From positions 26,474,001-26,538,000 of the forward strand of contig OZ024752.1 in the NCBI GenBank assembly GCA_964016885.1: a DNA stretch of 64,000 bases, written 5' to 3'. Below, piece after piece: positions 1-16,620 of this stretch. The translations under genes were made by a program, and so were the position numbers. The notes below the pieces were generated by a model. The model saw nothing but the letters and a program-made list of their open reading frames with translations, was not told the origin of the DNA and did no database searches. How positions within the stretch are numbered: the stretch's first letter is position 1; every line of letters starts with the position of its first letter. Source of the stretch: Eledone cirrhosa (lineage: Eukaryota).

Positions 1-727
1 TACATTTTAAGTTAATTTTATGACTGAGGTCGACTTTGTATTTCATTTTTAGGGGGTATTATGTATAGTCAAATCCTGCCGAGGTTGACTTTGCCTTTCA
101 TCCTTGCAGGGTCGATAAAATAAAGTACCAGTAATGCACTGGGTAATTGCTGGCCTTGTGTCTAAAGTAGAAACAATTATGTATAGTCACTTCTATGCGC
201 CAACACACTTCTTGTTCTACTCTTTCAATCTTTTCTATATTTCATCTGCCTCTCACCCACCTTGTAGATGGTCTCTCTGTTGACCACTAGCCGCTGGTCT
301 CTGTCCTCTGAGGCATTTTTGCCTATTGCTGTCCTTGACAGCCTTTGGTTCTTTTAACGGCGATGAGTTTTCTCATTTTTATATGCATGTATATATATAT
401 ACATTCATATATTCATATATATTTATCAAAGCTCAGGCGTAGTAAATGCCTGTAGTTACAGTCAGTCGCTGTGAAATCTATCTATATATTACTAAAAGTC
501 TGTGATTGCTTGCTTGCTTGCTTGTCTGTAATGTAATAGAGCCAAAAGGGCGCTTAATGGGAAAATACTTTGAAAGAAAGTTGACGTTAAAATGGGAATA
601 CAAATGGAATAAAACTAGTTTTGTGTAAATCGGATCACGGGTTCCCGAGATATGAGGTTTTTCCGGGTACCTTCATAAACAAAGAGATAGATAGAGAGGA
701 AGAGATATTGGTTGTGGCAGAATAGAT

Positions 728-784
<57 letters not shown>

Positions 785-1763
785 TGGAGGAGAATGGAAG
801 AGAGCTGGTGGTGTTGTTGTGTCTATACATATGTGTGTCTTGCATGATGCTTCAAAAGTTTATCGTTACTTTTCCTCCCCGCCTTAATAGTTGTTTCTCT
901 TTCTCTCCCCCTCTCTCTCTCCCTTCTCCCCCCCCTCTCCCCCTTCTCTGCACCCTCTCTCTCTCGCATTCACCCTACATACAAATATACATACATACAT
1001 GTTTTGTAAGAAATGTCAAGATGAATGGACCTATTATTTTTATGTAAAGACATTTTTTCCAATTCCATCCCGTCCGTCCCCTCAATCTATTTTATTTATC
1101 ATTTTTTCTTCTGATGAAAGACTAGCGTCCGAAACGTTAAGACCCTCTTCCTGCTATATCAAGCGTTAACCTAATATATACCTTCTATATACTGTACCGA
1201 TTGTGTTGTTATTTCTGTTTACCTTTTACATGCATATATATATATATAGAGAGAGATATATACATACCTAAATACGCGTGTGTACGCATGTATAAAACGA
1301 TTTTTTTAAACATATGCACTCATGTGCGCGCGTGAGAAAGTGTTAGTGTGGTTGAGTGTGTGAATTATTGATTCATTGCATTCACTTGTTTAGATCTGTG
1401 TGTGTATATATATATATATATATGAGTGGGCGTGAGTGTTTTTGTGTGCGTGTGTGTGTGTGCCTCAGTGTGTGTGTGTATGCGTGTTGTAGCGTCAGTG
1501 TGTGTGTGTATGCGTGTTGTAGCGTCAGTGCGTGTATGTGTGCGTGTGTGTGTGCGTGTGTGAGCGCGTGTATGTGTGCGTGCGCCTGTGTGTGTATGTG
1601 AGCTCGTGTGTGTGTGTGTGCGTGTGTGTATGTGAGGTCGTGTGTGTGTGTGTATGTGAGTTCGTGTGTGTGTGTGTGTATGTGAGTTCGTGTGTATGTG
1701 TGTATGTGTGTGTGTGTGTGTGTGTATGTGTGTGTGTGTGTATGTGTGTATGTGTGTGTGTGA

Positions 1764-1815
<52 letters not shown>

Positions 1816-2255
1816 CTATAACGTTTTTAATTCAGTGTTTGGATTACCAACCAAAAGAACCCGATTTAATATAAATGTATATTTACACGTATATCTCATA
1901 TATTTACATCATTTACACAAATAAACACACATGCATATATATATACACACATTTTTTCGTTTGATTTATTGTATTAAAACATCAATGTTTTCTCTACACA
2001 TTTATATTAAAAGTATGCAGGGTCTTTTATATATGTGCAATAAAAATTGTGTTTAGAATCCAGTACTCACAGGCATACAGAGGCACACGCATACACACAC
2101 ACACACATACACATACACAGGCATACACACATATACGCACATATATACGCACCCACATACGCATACTCTCATACATGCACACGCACAGGCACACGCACAC
2201 GCACACGCACACACATAGATATAGCACTATATAAATCTGAACGTTTGCAAGGGTG

Positions 2256-2318
<63 letters not shown>

Positions 2319-2696
2319 TGTGTGTGTGTGTGTATATCATCCATACTATATGCATATGTATTTGTGTGTACATCGGCATGTATGTATGTATGTATGTATG
2401 TATGTATGTATGTATGTATGTATGTATGTATGTATGTATGTATGCATATACTTACTTACTTACTGTATGTATGTGTGCATATACATACTGTATGTATATA
2501 TGTATGTATGTATGCATATACATACTATATGTATGTATGTATATATGTATGTATGTGTGTATGTATATACATACTGTATGTATATATGTATGTATGGATA
2601 TATATATATATATATACATACATACTGTATGTATATGCATACATACATATAGTATGTATATCCATACATACATATATACATACAGTATGTATATAC

Positions 2697-2767
<71 letters not shown>

Positions 2768-2786
2768 TATATATGTATATATACAT

Positions 2787-2830
<44 letters not shown>

Positions 2831-3481
2831 TATATATATACCTACACGGTGGCAATGTATGGTAATATGTGAAAGGGCGGAAGATGCTCTGTTTTTCCAC
2901 CTCTTTTATGAGAAGAGCGGCACTGCTGAGTCACTTTCGCTGGAGTTCTCTGATCTTTTAGATATCAGAGGCCATATTGTTAAATTTCCCCGTACGTCTG
3001 TACAAAGTAAAGGTTTCTTGGTGCAACCAATATACCAGTCTAATGGTGATGATAGTGATGTTGTTAATGTTGTTGTAGTTGTCGTCATTATTATTGTTGT
3101 AATGGCTATTGTTGTCGTCGTCGTTGTAATGGTTATTGATGTTGTTGTTGTTGTTGTTTCTGTGTTGTTATTGTTGTTGTTTCTGTTGTTGTTGTTCTTG
3201 TTCTTGTTCTTGAAGATGACGTGGAGGTGGAGGGGATGACGATGATGATGTGAAAGTGTGGATGGGGCGGAGGTAATGATAGTAAAACTTAGTAGTAGTA
3301 GTAGTAGTAGAGGTAGTAGTAGTAGTAGTTATAGTAGTAGTAGTAGTTATAGTAGTAGTAGTAGTTATAGTAATAGTGGTAATGTTAGTAGTAGTAGTGG
3401 TAGTAGAAGTAGCAGTAGTAGTAGTAGTTATAGTAGTAGTTGTAGTAATAGTAGTAGTTATAGTAGTAAAAGTAGTAGTAA

Positions 3482-3540
<59 letters not shown>

Positions 3541-3809
3541 AAAGTAATAGAAAAGTAATAGAAAAGTAGTAGTAGTAGTAGTACTTGTTGGAGTAGCGTT
3601 GATGATGGCATTAATAATAATGACGATGATGATGATGATGATGATGACGATGACGATGATGATGACGATGACGATGATGATGACGATGACGATGACGATG
3701 ACGATGATGATGACGATAATGGTGTGAGTAAGTTTGTTTCATCTCTTTCATAGTTCGATTCATCTTATAGAATCTTTTGCGGATGTGTAGATGTGCAACT
3801 ATGTGTGAG

Positions 3810-3923
<114 letters not shown>

Positions 3924-4099
3924 TGTGTGTGCGTGTGTGCGTGTGCGTGTGTGTGTTAGAGGCTGCACATATGGGTGGGGTTTGTGAATGGAAGGTATGT
4001 GTGTAGGATTGCGTGTACATCTGTATGTGTTAGGCAAATGCATAGCTTGTGTGTTTCAAATGTATTTGCACTTTATGCTTGTGTGTGTGTATGTGTGTT

Positions 4100-4137
<38 letters not shown>

Positions 4138-4186
4138 TTGAGTATTGTCATCATGGCGTACATATGATGAAATATTTGTATCTGTG

Positions 4187-4230
<44 letters not shown>

Positions 4231-4279
4231 GCTTTGTTGAGTATTATCATCGGGGCGTATATGTAATGAAATATTTGTA

Positions 4280-4399
<120 letters not shown>

Positions 4400-4647
4400 T
4401 ATGTGTGTGGTCAGACATGCGGCTTTGATCTAGACGTGCAATGCACTCGTTTCTCAATCGATACAATGTAAAGCATCAGGGAGTTTTAGTGAATGAAAAG
4501 AGCAAGATAGATAGATAGAGAGAGAGAGAGATGGAGAGAGGAAGAGGGAGAGGCAGAGATATATATATATAGAGAGAGAGACAGACAGACAGAGAGAGGG
4601 AGACGGAGAGAGAGAGAGAAGGGGGAGTAAAAAGGAGAAAGAGGCAA

Positions 4648-4705
<58 letters not shown>

Positions 4706-4833
4706 CGAGAGAGAGAGAGAGAGAGACAGAAAGATAGAGAGAGAGGGGGAGAGACAGAGAGATAGAGAGGGAGAGAGAAAGGGAGAGAAGTGGCAGTAAA
4801 AGCGAGAAATACCCTAATATATATATATATATA

Positions 4834-5175
4834 TTAGAAAGAGAGGTTTTTTTTACAAAATGAAAAATAACCGAGGTGTCCTACATGAGTGAAAGTATAA
4901 AGAAAAAAAGCTGAAATCGAAAATGCAACTGGAGTCTTATTTAAAAGAAAATATATATATTTATTTGGTTCCTTTACCGGTTTCGCAGTTCTTCTGCTTT
5001 TCAAAAGTAGAGTTGAGATGGAGGGTCTGTGGTTTTTCTCACATCTGATGTGAGGAAAACCACCTCAACTCTACTTTTGAAAAGCAGAAGAACTGCGAAA
5101 CCGGTAAAGGAACCAAATAAATATATATATATTTTTTTAAATAAGACTCCAGTTGCATTTCAGCTTTTTTTCTTT
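4834..5175. repeat. Fold-back pLTR of the 61651 Penelope family (others at 16614-16924 and 50596-50761; single copies at 17915-18085 and 32170-32380)
   Basis: Same sequence as 63063-63277, plus an inverted partial copy. Confidence 0.85.
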
Positions 5176-5200
5176 ATATATATATATATATATATACATA

Positions 5201-5276
<76 letters not shown>

Positions 5277-5317
5277 AATATTTACATATATATATGTATA
5301 TATATATATATATATAC

Positions 5318-5352
<35 letters not shown>

Positions 5353-5971
5353 CATACATATATATATATATGTATATATATATACGAGAGGATAGATTTA
5401 GAGACTTAGCAATTTTGAATAGAATTCGAGAGAAATAATTGTTTCTACGTTAGGCACAAGGCCACCGATTAGCCAGTGCATTACTGGTACTTTATTTTAT
5501 CGACCCCGTAAGGATGAAAGGCAAAGTTAACCTCGGCGGGATTTGAACTCAGAATGGCAAGGGCCGTAACTCTATGCGTCAAAGCATGGCGTCCGACCCT
5601 CTACTGATACTGCCAATCCGTGGTGGTAATAATGTTGCTGTTATTGCAGTTGCTGGTACTGGTCATGGTATGATTGTGGAGATAGGAGCCAGAGTTGCGG
5701 TGGTCTTGTGACTAATGATGATGATAGTGATGCTGGGGTCATAGATGGTTTAACGAACGACGGTGGTTGTGGTGGTGCTGGTGGCAGTTACAGGTTCTTG
5801 ATTCTGATGTTCGTGTTGCAGAGGGTGGCTTTTCCTCCGAAATATCTTTCCAATTACACAAAAGATCAAAGTGTCTTCAGATGGTACACTTGTTCTAATT
5901 GGTGCATCTTATTCTCCATGCAAATATGCACTTGGCAGAATGAACGAGCTGCAGGCATATTGACTCGAAAA

Positions 5972-6054
<83 letters not shown>

Positions 6055-6570
6055 TTTTCTTTATTAACCACAAGGGTTTACATAAAATAGACATTAAGGA
6101 CAGTACAGGACAATACAGGACGGTACAAAAGGGCATTTCTGCGTGTAAAAAAAACAAAAAAACAGAGGATGTAATAATAGAATAATAATAATGATAATAA
6201 TGATAATGATAATGCTTTCTTTATTGATCACAAGGGTTTACATAAAGTAGACATTAACGACAGTACAGGAGAATACAGGACGGTACAAATGGGCATTTCT
6301 GCGTGTAAAAAAACAAAAAAAGACAGGATGTAACAAAAAAAAACAATGAAAAATTCCCCAATACGGGAGAGATAATAATGATAATGATTTCTTTATTGGC
6401 CACAAGGGCTGACATTAAGAAAAACATTACAGACGGCACAAAAAAAAAACACACATACACACACACTAAACGTACAAGCGTACACATACACATACACATA
6501 CAAAGACAAGAACAGTTATTGAGAAAATAAAATAATATAAAAAAGATCGAAACGGGACCAAACCAAACAT

Positions 6571-6620
<50 letters not shown>

Positions 6621-6650
6621 ATATATATATATGTACATATAAATATCATA

Positions 6651-6717
<67 letters not shown>

Positions 6718-6721
6718 TTAC

Positions 6722-6788
<67 letters not shown>

Positions 6789-6926
6789 TAAACATATGTA
6801 TATATATATATTAAAATATATACATACATGCACATATAGATCTATATATGCGTGTGTGTCTTTTGTATATATCCGTGTGTGTCTATATAGCTAGATAAAT
6901 GCATGAATACACACAAACACATACAC

Positions 6927-6978
<52 letters not shown>

Positions 6979-7328
6979 CATTTTACTTCTTTTATGTAGT
7001 ATGTTTCAGAGGCCATTTTCAATATCCTTAAAATATATGACATTTTCTCATATAAGTGTCTTTTGCTTAAAACGCTGCTTCAAATACTTAAGCACGAGGC
7101 TCCTCACAATCCTTTATATATATTTTAGTTTTCCTCTATTTTTTACCTTCTTTTCGATGTAATTGTTATTGAAGTTACATCTGATCTTCTAGTTGTTTAT
7201 CTTGTTCTTATCATAGAGCTCAAATTGCTCCCGACTTCTCACGCATTTTTAACCCATTCAGATGCAGCTACAGCACGCATATGTAATAAAACGGTACTCA
7301 TAGTTCAGAGCTCGTGTGTGTGTATATA

Positions 7329-7381
<53 letters not shown>

Positions 7382-7422
7382 GTGTATATATATATATATA
7401 CGTATATATATATATATATACG

Positions 7423-7457
<35 letters not shown>

Positions 7458-7689
7458 GTATATATATAAAGCTTCCATTACTCATACTTCTCTCCCCCTT
7501 CACCACCTCTTCTACGGCTTCGATATAAATACCCCCTCCGCCTCCGTGGTATTTTCTTCGGGGTTATAAGAGGCTTAGCTCTGTTTCTCGACCGTTATAT
7601 CGCGTGACTATCTCCCCCTCCGCCTTTTGGGATTCTTTCTCACGTCGTGTAGACGCGTTCTTGAGTCTTGAGACTAGTAAAATGAGATA

Positions 7690-7779
7690 TCCTCTTGATA
7701 AGTCGGCAGACCTCGCAAGGACTCTATATCTTTATGATGTATTGTTTTTGTTTATGCCACGAAACTACGTAGTCGAGGA
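7690..7779 (+). ncRNA. Type-I hammerhead, U3:A8 core, long stem II insertion (tandem copy at 8282-8371)
   Basis: tcctc TTGATAA gt(c)ggca...tgccac GAAA ctacgtag TC gagga. Confidence 0.7.
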
Positions 7780-8599
7780 ATCTAGGAGCAGTTTAGGTAT
7801 GATACATTTTATTACTAATTATATCTAAATGTTTCTTCTCTCTTCATAATGTATTTTTAACTCTGATACTGGTTCAGTCTAGTTCAACCGGATTGGTCTG
7901 TCCCAGTCATTCATTGAGCAACATCGGTGAAGTTGGCACCCTTAACTCACGGTTGGGTGCGGATGCATTCATGTATATGTGTGCGTCCGCATGTATCTGT
8001 GTGTTTCTAAATATATTGTTAATAACTCCCTCTGGTCGAGCAATCTTTGAAGTGTGGGGACTGCTGGAAAGCTTCCATTACTCATACTTCTCGCCCCCTT
8101 CACCACCTCTTCTACGGCTTCGATATAAATACCCCTCCGCCTCCGTGGTATTTTCTTCGGGGTTATAAGAGGCTTAGCTCTGTTTCTCGACCGTTATATC
8201 GCGTGACTATCTCCCCCTCCGCCTTTTGGGATTCTTTCTCACGTCGTGTAGACGCGTTCTTGAGACTAGTAAAATGAGGTATCCTTTTGATAAGTCGGCA
8301 GACCTCGCAAGGACTCTATATCTTTATGATGTATTGTTTTTGTTTATGCCACGAAACTACGTAGTCGAGGAATCTAGGAGCAGTTTAGGTATGATACATT
8401 TTATTACTAATTATATCTAAATGTTTCTTCTCTCTTCATAATGTATTTTTAACTCTGATACTGGTTCAGTCTAGTTCAACCGGATTGGTCTGTCCCAGTC
8501 ATTCATTGAGCAACATCGGTGAAGTTGGCACCCTTAACTCACGGTTGGGTGCGGATGCATTCATGTATATGTGTGTGTCCGCATGTATCTGTGTGTTTC

Positions 8600-8680
<81 letters not shown>

Positions 8681-10912
8681 ATCTATCTATCTATCTATAT
8701 TATATATATATATATAAAATGTATACGTATGTGTGTGTGTCTGTGTGCGCGAGCGCATGTATGTATATATTTATTTGTGTGTAGTCCGCGTATTTAGCTT
8801 ATGTATGTATGTATTTATGTATGTATTCATATATGTAAATGTATATCTTAATGTTTATAGAATATCATATACATATGTGTGCATACGTGTGACTTTACAT
8901 CAGCCCCCACCCCACCCATATATATATATATATATATATACTTACATATATTTATATACCTATATACATATATATTTATGTGTGCTTGTGTGTACCCGTG
9001 TATATATATATGTACATATATATAACGCATATTTGTCAGGTGGCTTTGCGGGCCGCTGGTAAAGTGTAATCTAGTAAAACCTGTTAGACTGTTGGGCTGC
9101 CGGTGACTAAGTGTACACTGCCTATCCGCAAATGCTTGCAACCCACGGAAGGTTACTAGATTCCCGATAGGATGAAAGGAAGACTTGTCAAAAGATCGAG
9201 TTTATACAGCATGGCCAACGGCTATCTAACAATGAGTAATAAATGAACCATCGTTGAGCTACTGGTTATGATTGTTCAAGTTGTCCGGTTAAGGGAACAA
9301 CTAACTTTTTAAATTTACATATAAGTGGGTGAGTAAAATCTGAGTGTGACGGCTGACCATTTAAATTACAGGTATCATTCATCTGATGGGCTTTCGTAGT
9401 GTTTTCTTCTAGATAGTTTCACTCATAAATCATGTGTTGACCAGAGATTTGGTAAATTACACTTGTCCTATATTTTACACTGAAGGACCGAGTTGGGAAC
9501 ATTGCGAAATAAACTTCTTAACCATTCATCTCTTGTACCTATATGCGTAGCAATACATAGACATACGCGAAATGGTGATCTTGACCACACCGAGAGGGAT
9601 AGTGTCCGAGTTGCTGTGAGTACGTATGTCTGGTGGAGGGTGTAAATAGTGCTCCTTAATCGTGATGAGTGTGAAAAATCACCACTGCCTTGTGGGTCAG
9701 TCCGAGGAGTTCAAATATAGAGGTATACACTACGAGGAAAATATAATCTGTGGCGATTAGCATTGAGACGGTTTCCGATAAACTGTATTTCTAACCGTTT
9801 CCTACAACTGGATCGCCCTTACCACACGCTCAGTCACCTTCTCAACAGACCTCGTGATACCAGCATATGTGTATGTCAATACCATTAGAATAATTCTTTC
9901 TGCCAGGCTCTTTTTCTGCGATGTGGAGATGGGTAGTTTGGGCCAAAGTTGCCAGTGAGAATCAAAACACAAACATAGATACTGTTTTCAAAACATTACT
10001 GATTGTATTTTTCATTTTAAAACAACTAAGTGTTGAACATTTTCATGCTTCCCTAATTATAAGTAATGAGCCAATTGTCAGATCGGATCAAGGAAATGGC
10101 TTCCATTAAATTTTTCTTTTGTTGATACTATATGCCTATCTCAATTATTGGCAGAAGCATCACCGCTTGTCCCACAACGAAAGGCGTTCTTTGAACTCAG
10201 AATGCATGCATGGAGCCAGAACAATGCATATTCCTTGTTCTTGTTCTTGCCCAAGAGTGCCCTCCATCGCTGGCAGTCCCGTGCCAGTTTCTCTGCAGCC
10301 TCATGACAAGTACTTTATTTATCAACCTTGAAATGATGATAAATAAAGTTGACTTTAATAGAACTAGAACTCAGAACGGAGAGAAACAGAAGCCTCACAG
10401 AGACATATTAGCTGACGCTTTAGCCGACTTTGCTAGATCCGCAGATCTGTGTATTCTGAGTTGAAATCTCGTGTACTCGCATTGGAAAAGTGTGGCAGCT
10501 TTCTAGGATGTGTGGTTGGCATATACAGCATATACAATGGAAAACCCAATGGAAACATAGTTCCATCGGTCCGCTGTAATAACTGGATCCCCCCCCCCCC
10601 TTAATAATAAGTAAATAACGTATTACTTCAGTTGGGTTAATGTGAAATATATAAAATATTTAAAAAAGACCAAAAACATATCAATGAAAACATTCCACGT
10701 GACAAACAGGTTATATCAACTACACTTGTCTGATTTAGTCAAGGGAATGGCTTACAGTGAAACAATTTGTAATCTATTATTCCATATTCCGCCCTTATTA
10801 TGTCTTCATTTCTTGTCAACAAGACAATCCATCTATCTATTTATCTGTCACTATGCATATATATATATATATATATATACATGTATACCTGCTTATATAA
10901 AAACATACATAT

Positions 10913-10975
<63 letters not shown>

Positions 10976-11246
10976 AGTATGTATGTATGCAGGTATATAT
11001 GCAAATATATATAAATACATACAAACATATATATATATATATATGTGTGTGTGTATGTGTGTGTGTATGTATGTATGTATATATATTTGCATATATACCT
11101 GCATACATACTTACATATATATATATATGTGTGTATATACATATGTAAATATATGCTTATATATATATATGCATATATTTACATATGTATATACACACAC
11201 ACATATATATATATATGTATGTATGCAGGTATATATGCAAATATAT

Positions 11247-11282
<36 letters not shown>

Positions 11283-11345
11283 GTGTGTCTGTGTGTGTGT
11301 ATATATGTATATATATATATATATATGCAGATACATATATATATG

Positions 11346-11436
<91 letters not shown>

Positions 11437-11451
11437 GTATATATATATATA

Positions 11452-12329
11452 CGAGGTGTGTCAGAAAAGTTCCAGGACTGATGTCACAAAAGATTTATTT
11501 CAAACCCAAAATTCACACTAAGAATTTTCTCCTTCAAGTAATCCCCCTGGAGTCTAATTCCCCTTTCCCTCCTTTTCTGCCACGCTTGCATGCACTTCTG
11601 GAAGGATTCTTCCGGGATCCTCCGCAGTTCCGTCGTCACGGCCTTTTTGATGTCGTCCACGTCTTCAAAACGCGTCCCCTCCGGGTCGTACTCGAAGATC
11701 CATGACTCATCACCGGTGATGACTGTCCCTAGCAAGTCTGGTTCGGTTTCAAGACGCTCGAGGATGTCCTGGCACACTTGCATGCGTCGACCCTTCTGGT
11801 CATCGTTCAGCAGTTTTGGCACCATCTTCGCGCAGACTTTCCGCATGTCCAAATCTTCAGTGAGAATCTTCCAGACGCTGTCCCGATTCATGCCCAGCTC
11901 ATTTGCCATCAATCGAACAGTCAGCCGATGATCGCTACGCACCATCTGCCTGACGCACTCAAAGTTGACCTCAGTCCTGGTTGTTGAGGGCCTTCCGCTC
12001 CTGGGGTCATCCTGTACTACTCAAAAACGTGTGAGCGTGACATTCTCTCAGCTTCATACACTTGCTGCAGCAATCCCAGTGCTTCTGATGGAGTTTTCCC
12101 CAACCGTACCAGAAACTTCAAGTTTGTTCGTTGCTCTGTGCTCATTGCTTGACGACCTGAAACATGTATATAAAATTATGAAGAAAAAAGTTTGATCGCT
12201 GCAGAGAACTAAGATTACAGTTACTTACTCCAGGGGGATTACTTTGAAGGAGAAAACTCTTAGTGTGAAGTTTGGGTTTGAAATAAATCTTTTGTGACAT
12301 CAGTCCTGGAACTTTTATGATAGACCTCG
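11452..12329 (-). mobile_element. Mariner-family DNA transposon, internally deleted
   Basis: TA flanks and imperfect TIRs of about 100 bp (11452-11553 / 12227-12329). Transposase remnants MSTEQRTNLKF.., DDPRSGRP, KMVPKLL, VITGDESW..YDPE fused directly to GTRFEDVDDIK. Confidence 0.92.
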
Positions 12330-12372
12330 TATATATATATGCATAGATATACATATGTAAACACACACACAA

Positions 12373-12506
<134 letters not shown>

Positions 12507-12667
12507 AAACTGATTAGTCTGTCTGCCTATATTAGATACATTCTTGTCATGATCTTGATGTTTTGGTATGGCAGCCTCGAGCATCCATTAATATCCTTAT
12601 ATATCGTCGAACGAATAGCACGAAGCTAGTCACCGTTGTTCTTTCGTTCATCTTAGGAGACGCCGAA

Positions 12668-12991
12668 TCAGTCGCGTTCGTTATTTTTGACAAATGTCAG
12701 CAAGATTTATAGATAGATAAATGAACTGACAGCTTGAGAAGACAAATAGGTTTATAGATAGATAGATAGATAAAGATATTGCACACGCGTTCATACAAAT
12801 GTAGAATCACAACAGACACAGAAGATATAGACAAGAGAGAGAAAGCAAGAGTGAGCGACCGAGCGAAATAAGGAGGAAACGAAGAAGAGAGAATGTAGAT
12901 TTAATTATAAATAAAAGTATTCCAAACAGATTAGATATCTTTTTCTTTTTCGGTCTAATTTTTTCCTCAAAATTGAGATTCCTATTGAAAG
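12668..12991 (+). promoter_or_regulatory. Candidate non-coding first exon / TSS region of the FAM20C-like gene
   Basis: Non-repetitive, CpG-containing patch with an Inr-like TCAGTC at 12668 and a strong donor AAG|GTAAGT at 12992. An otherwise unpartnered acceptor at 19380 precedes the ATG exon. Confidence 0.4.
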
Positions 12992-13048
12992 GTAAGTATT
13001 GAATTTCAAATTTCTTACAAAACTTATATATATATATATATGTATATA

Positions 13049-13082
<34 letters not shown>

Positions 13083-13149
13083 AGAAAGAAGGATTGGGCA
13101 GTATTCTAGAATGATACGATTTTATCAATGACTGTAAGAGAATTTTTGG

Positions 13150-13219
<70 letters not shown>

Positions 13220-13270
13220 GTATATGCATATATATATGTATATATATTTATATATGTATGTATACATATA

Positions 13271-13390
<120 letters not shown>

Positions 13391-13412
13391 TATATATATA
13401 TATGTGTATATA

Positions 13413-13470
<58 letters not shown>

Positions 13471-13480
13471 TATATATATT

Positions 13481-13511
<31 letters not shown>

Positions 13512-13514
13512 GTG

Positions 13515-13545
<31 letters not shown>

Positions 13546-13558
13546 GTGTATATATATT

Positions 13559-13624
<66 letters not shown>

Positions 13625-13894
13625 TATAAAAATATATATATATTTATTTATTTATTTTATTTTATTTTATTTATTTATTTACCGATCTTTTATTCTCCTG
13701 ACGAAGGACTAAATTCTGTCCAGTGCCGTGTGTAAAGATAGAAGCAGAGACAGGGAGGTCAGTCTAATACATATATATATGCTTTATACATATATATATT
13801 TAATATATATATATATAATGTATTTTTGTATATATATATGTATGTATATATATATATATTTATATATACATATGTATGTGTATATATATATATG

Positions 13895-13990
<96 letters not shown>

Positions 13991-14297
13991 AAAGTTATAT
14001 TTAAAATGTTGGGTTAACAACGAGTAAATATTTATAACTGATATAAAAGCACTCAACAAGTATTTGGAGTATATTTATGATATTAAATAAATGGAAACTA
14101 TATTTATAAAACCATATTTATTTCGTTGAGCTTCTTTTTTTCTCTTTCATTTAAGCGTAAACATAATAACATTCATTATCTATTGTCTTCGTAGCTCTGT
14201 ATCTGTCATTTCAATATATATATATATAATCAAGGTTTAGCAAATAAGAAAAAGTTTCAAAATAAATTTCAAAAAATTTACTGTATTCACTATGGTT

Positions 14298-14384
14298 ACC
14301 TTTACCGAATCGGTTTCGAGTCTCAAAAATAAAAGGACAGTCCTTGCGGCCTTCCATTGAAAAGATAAACTCCCGTCAGAAGGT
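14298..14384 (-). ncRNA. Hammerhead with one core substitution (CTGACGG)
   Basis: Minus strand: acctt CTGACGG gagttt...agactc GAAA ccga t tcgg TA aaggt. Confidence 0.55.
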
Positions 14385-14648
14385 TCTTTTCACTCGGAGA
14401 ATATAAAATTCCCGAGTTCAAATTACGAACTGGTGCTATTCAAAATTGTTCCCGAGATGAGAATGAATGATGTGGAAGCAATTCTGTCCAGTGCCGTGTG
14501 TAAAGATAGAAGCAGAGACAGGGAGGTCAGTCTAATACATATATATATGCTTTATACATATATATATTTAATATATATATATATAATGTATTTTTGTATA
14601 TATATATGTATGTATATATATATATATTTATATATACATATGTATGTG

Positions 14649-15306
<658 letters not shown>

Positions 15307-15307
15307 C

Positions 15308-15841
<534 letters not shown>

Positions 15842-16102
15842 GTTAAACAAGGTTCAATGAATAAATCAAAGAAGAGTTTTACAATAGATTGGAAGCACTC
15901 AACAGTGAGGTTTTCCGGAGTTATTAATATTAATTCAAAATATTATGACTGAATCTTAACCATCTACTAAGTCAGGGTATGTCATGCATCATCTTATTTT
16001 ATCTGATGAGGACGTACTGTTGAAGATAGCTCAGTACCTCTGAAATATGTATAATAAAATATACTTGATCACAGGAATGTCTATTTTTGTTAATATTTTG
16101 AA

Positions 16103-16144
<42 letters not shown>

Positions 16145-16253
16145 TCCTGTATATATATATAAAAGCTATATATATATATATATATATTAAACATGTATAT
16201 ATATGTATATATGCATATACATGTATATATGTATATATATATGTATATATATG

Positions 16254-16338
<85 letters not shown>

Positions 16339-16502
16339 ATAGTTGTTATATAGTAAGGTGTATTATTGGTTGTGTCAAGGATTTTCACCTCACGAGATCA
16401 GTGATAATCGATCATGGCTACACGATCGATTTATCTCTTATTGAAACATGTGTCGTGATTAAAATGATTGGAAATTTATACCATGCCTTCGAATCTTTAT
16501 TT

Positions 16503-16558
<56 letters not shown>

Positions 16559-16577
16559 GTGTGTGTATATATGTATA

Positions 16578-16620
<43 letters not shown>

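Noticed and set aside
2906-3088. Minus-strand peptide with YIGCTKKPL resembling a GIY-YIG motif
   Set aside because: Lacks the upstream IY motif and downstream R/H/E/N residues, and is too short to call.
9380-9925. Possible decayed L1/Tx1 RT fragment on minus
   Set aside because: Only faint peptide resemblance across many stops and frameshifts; cannot be supported without a profile search.
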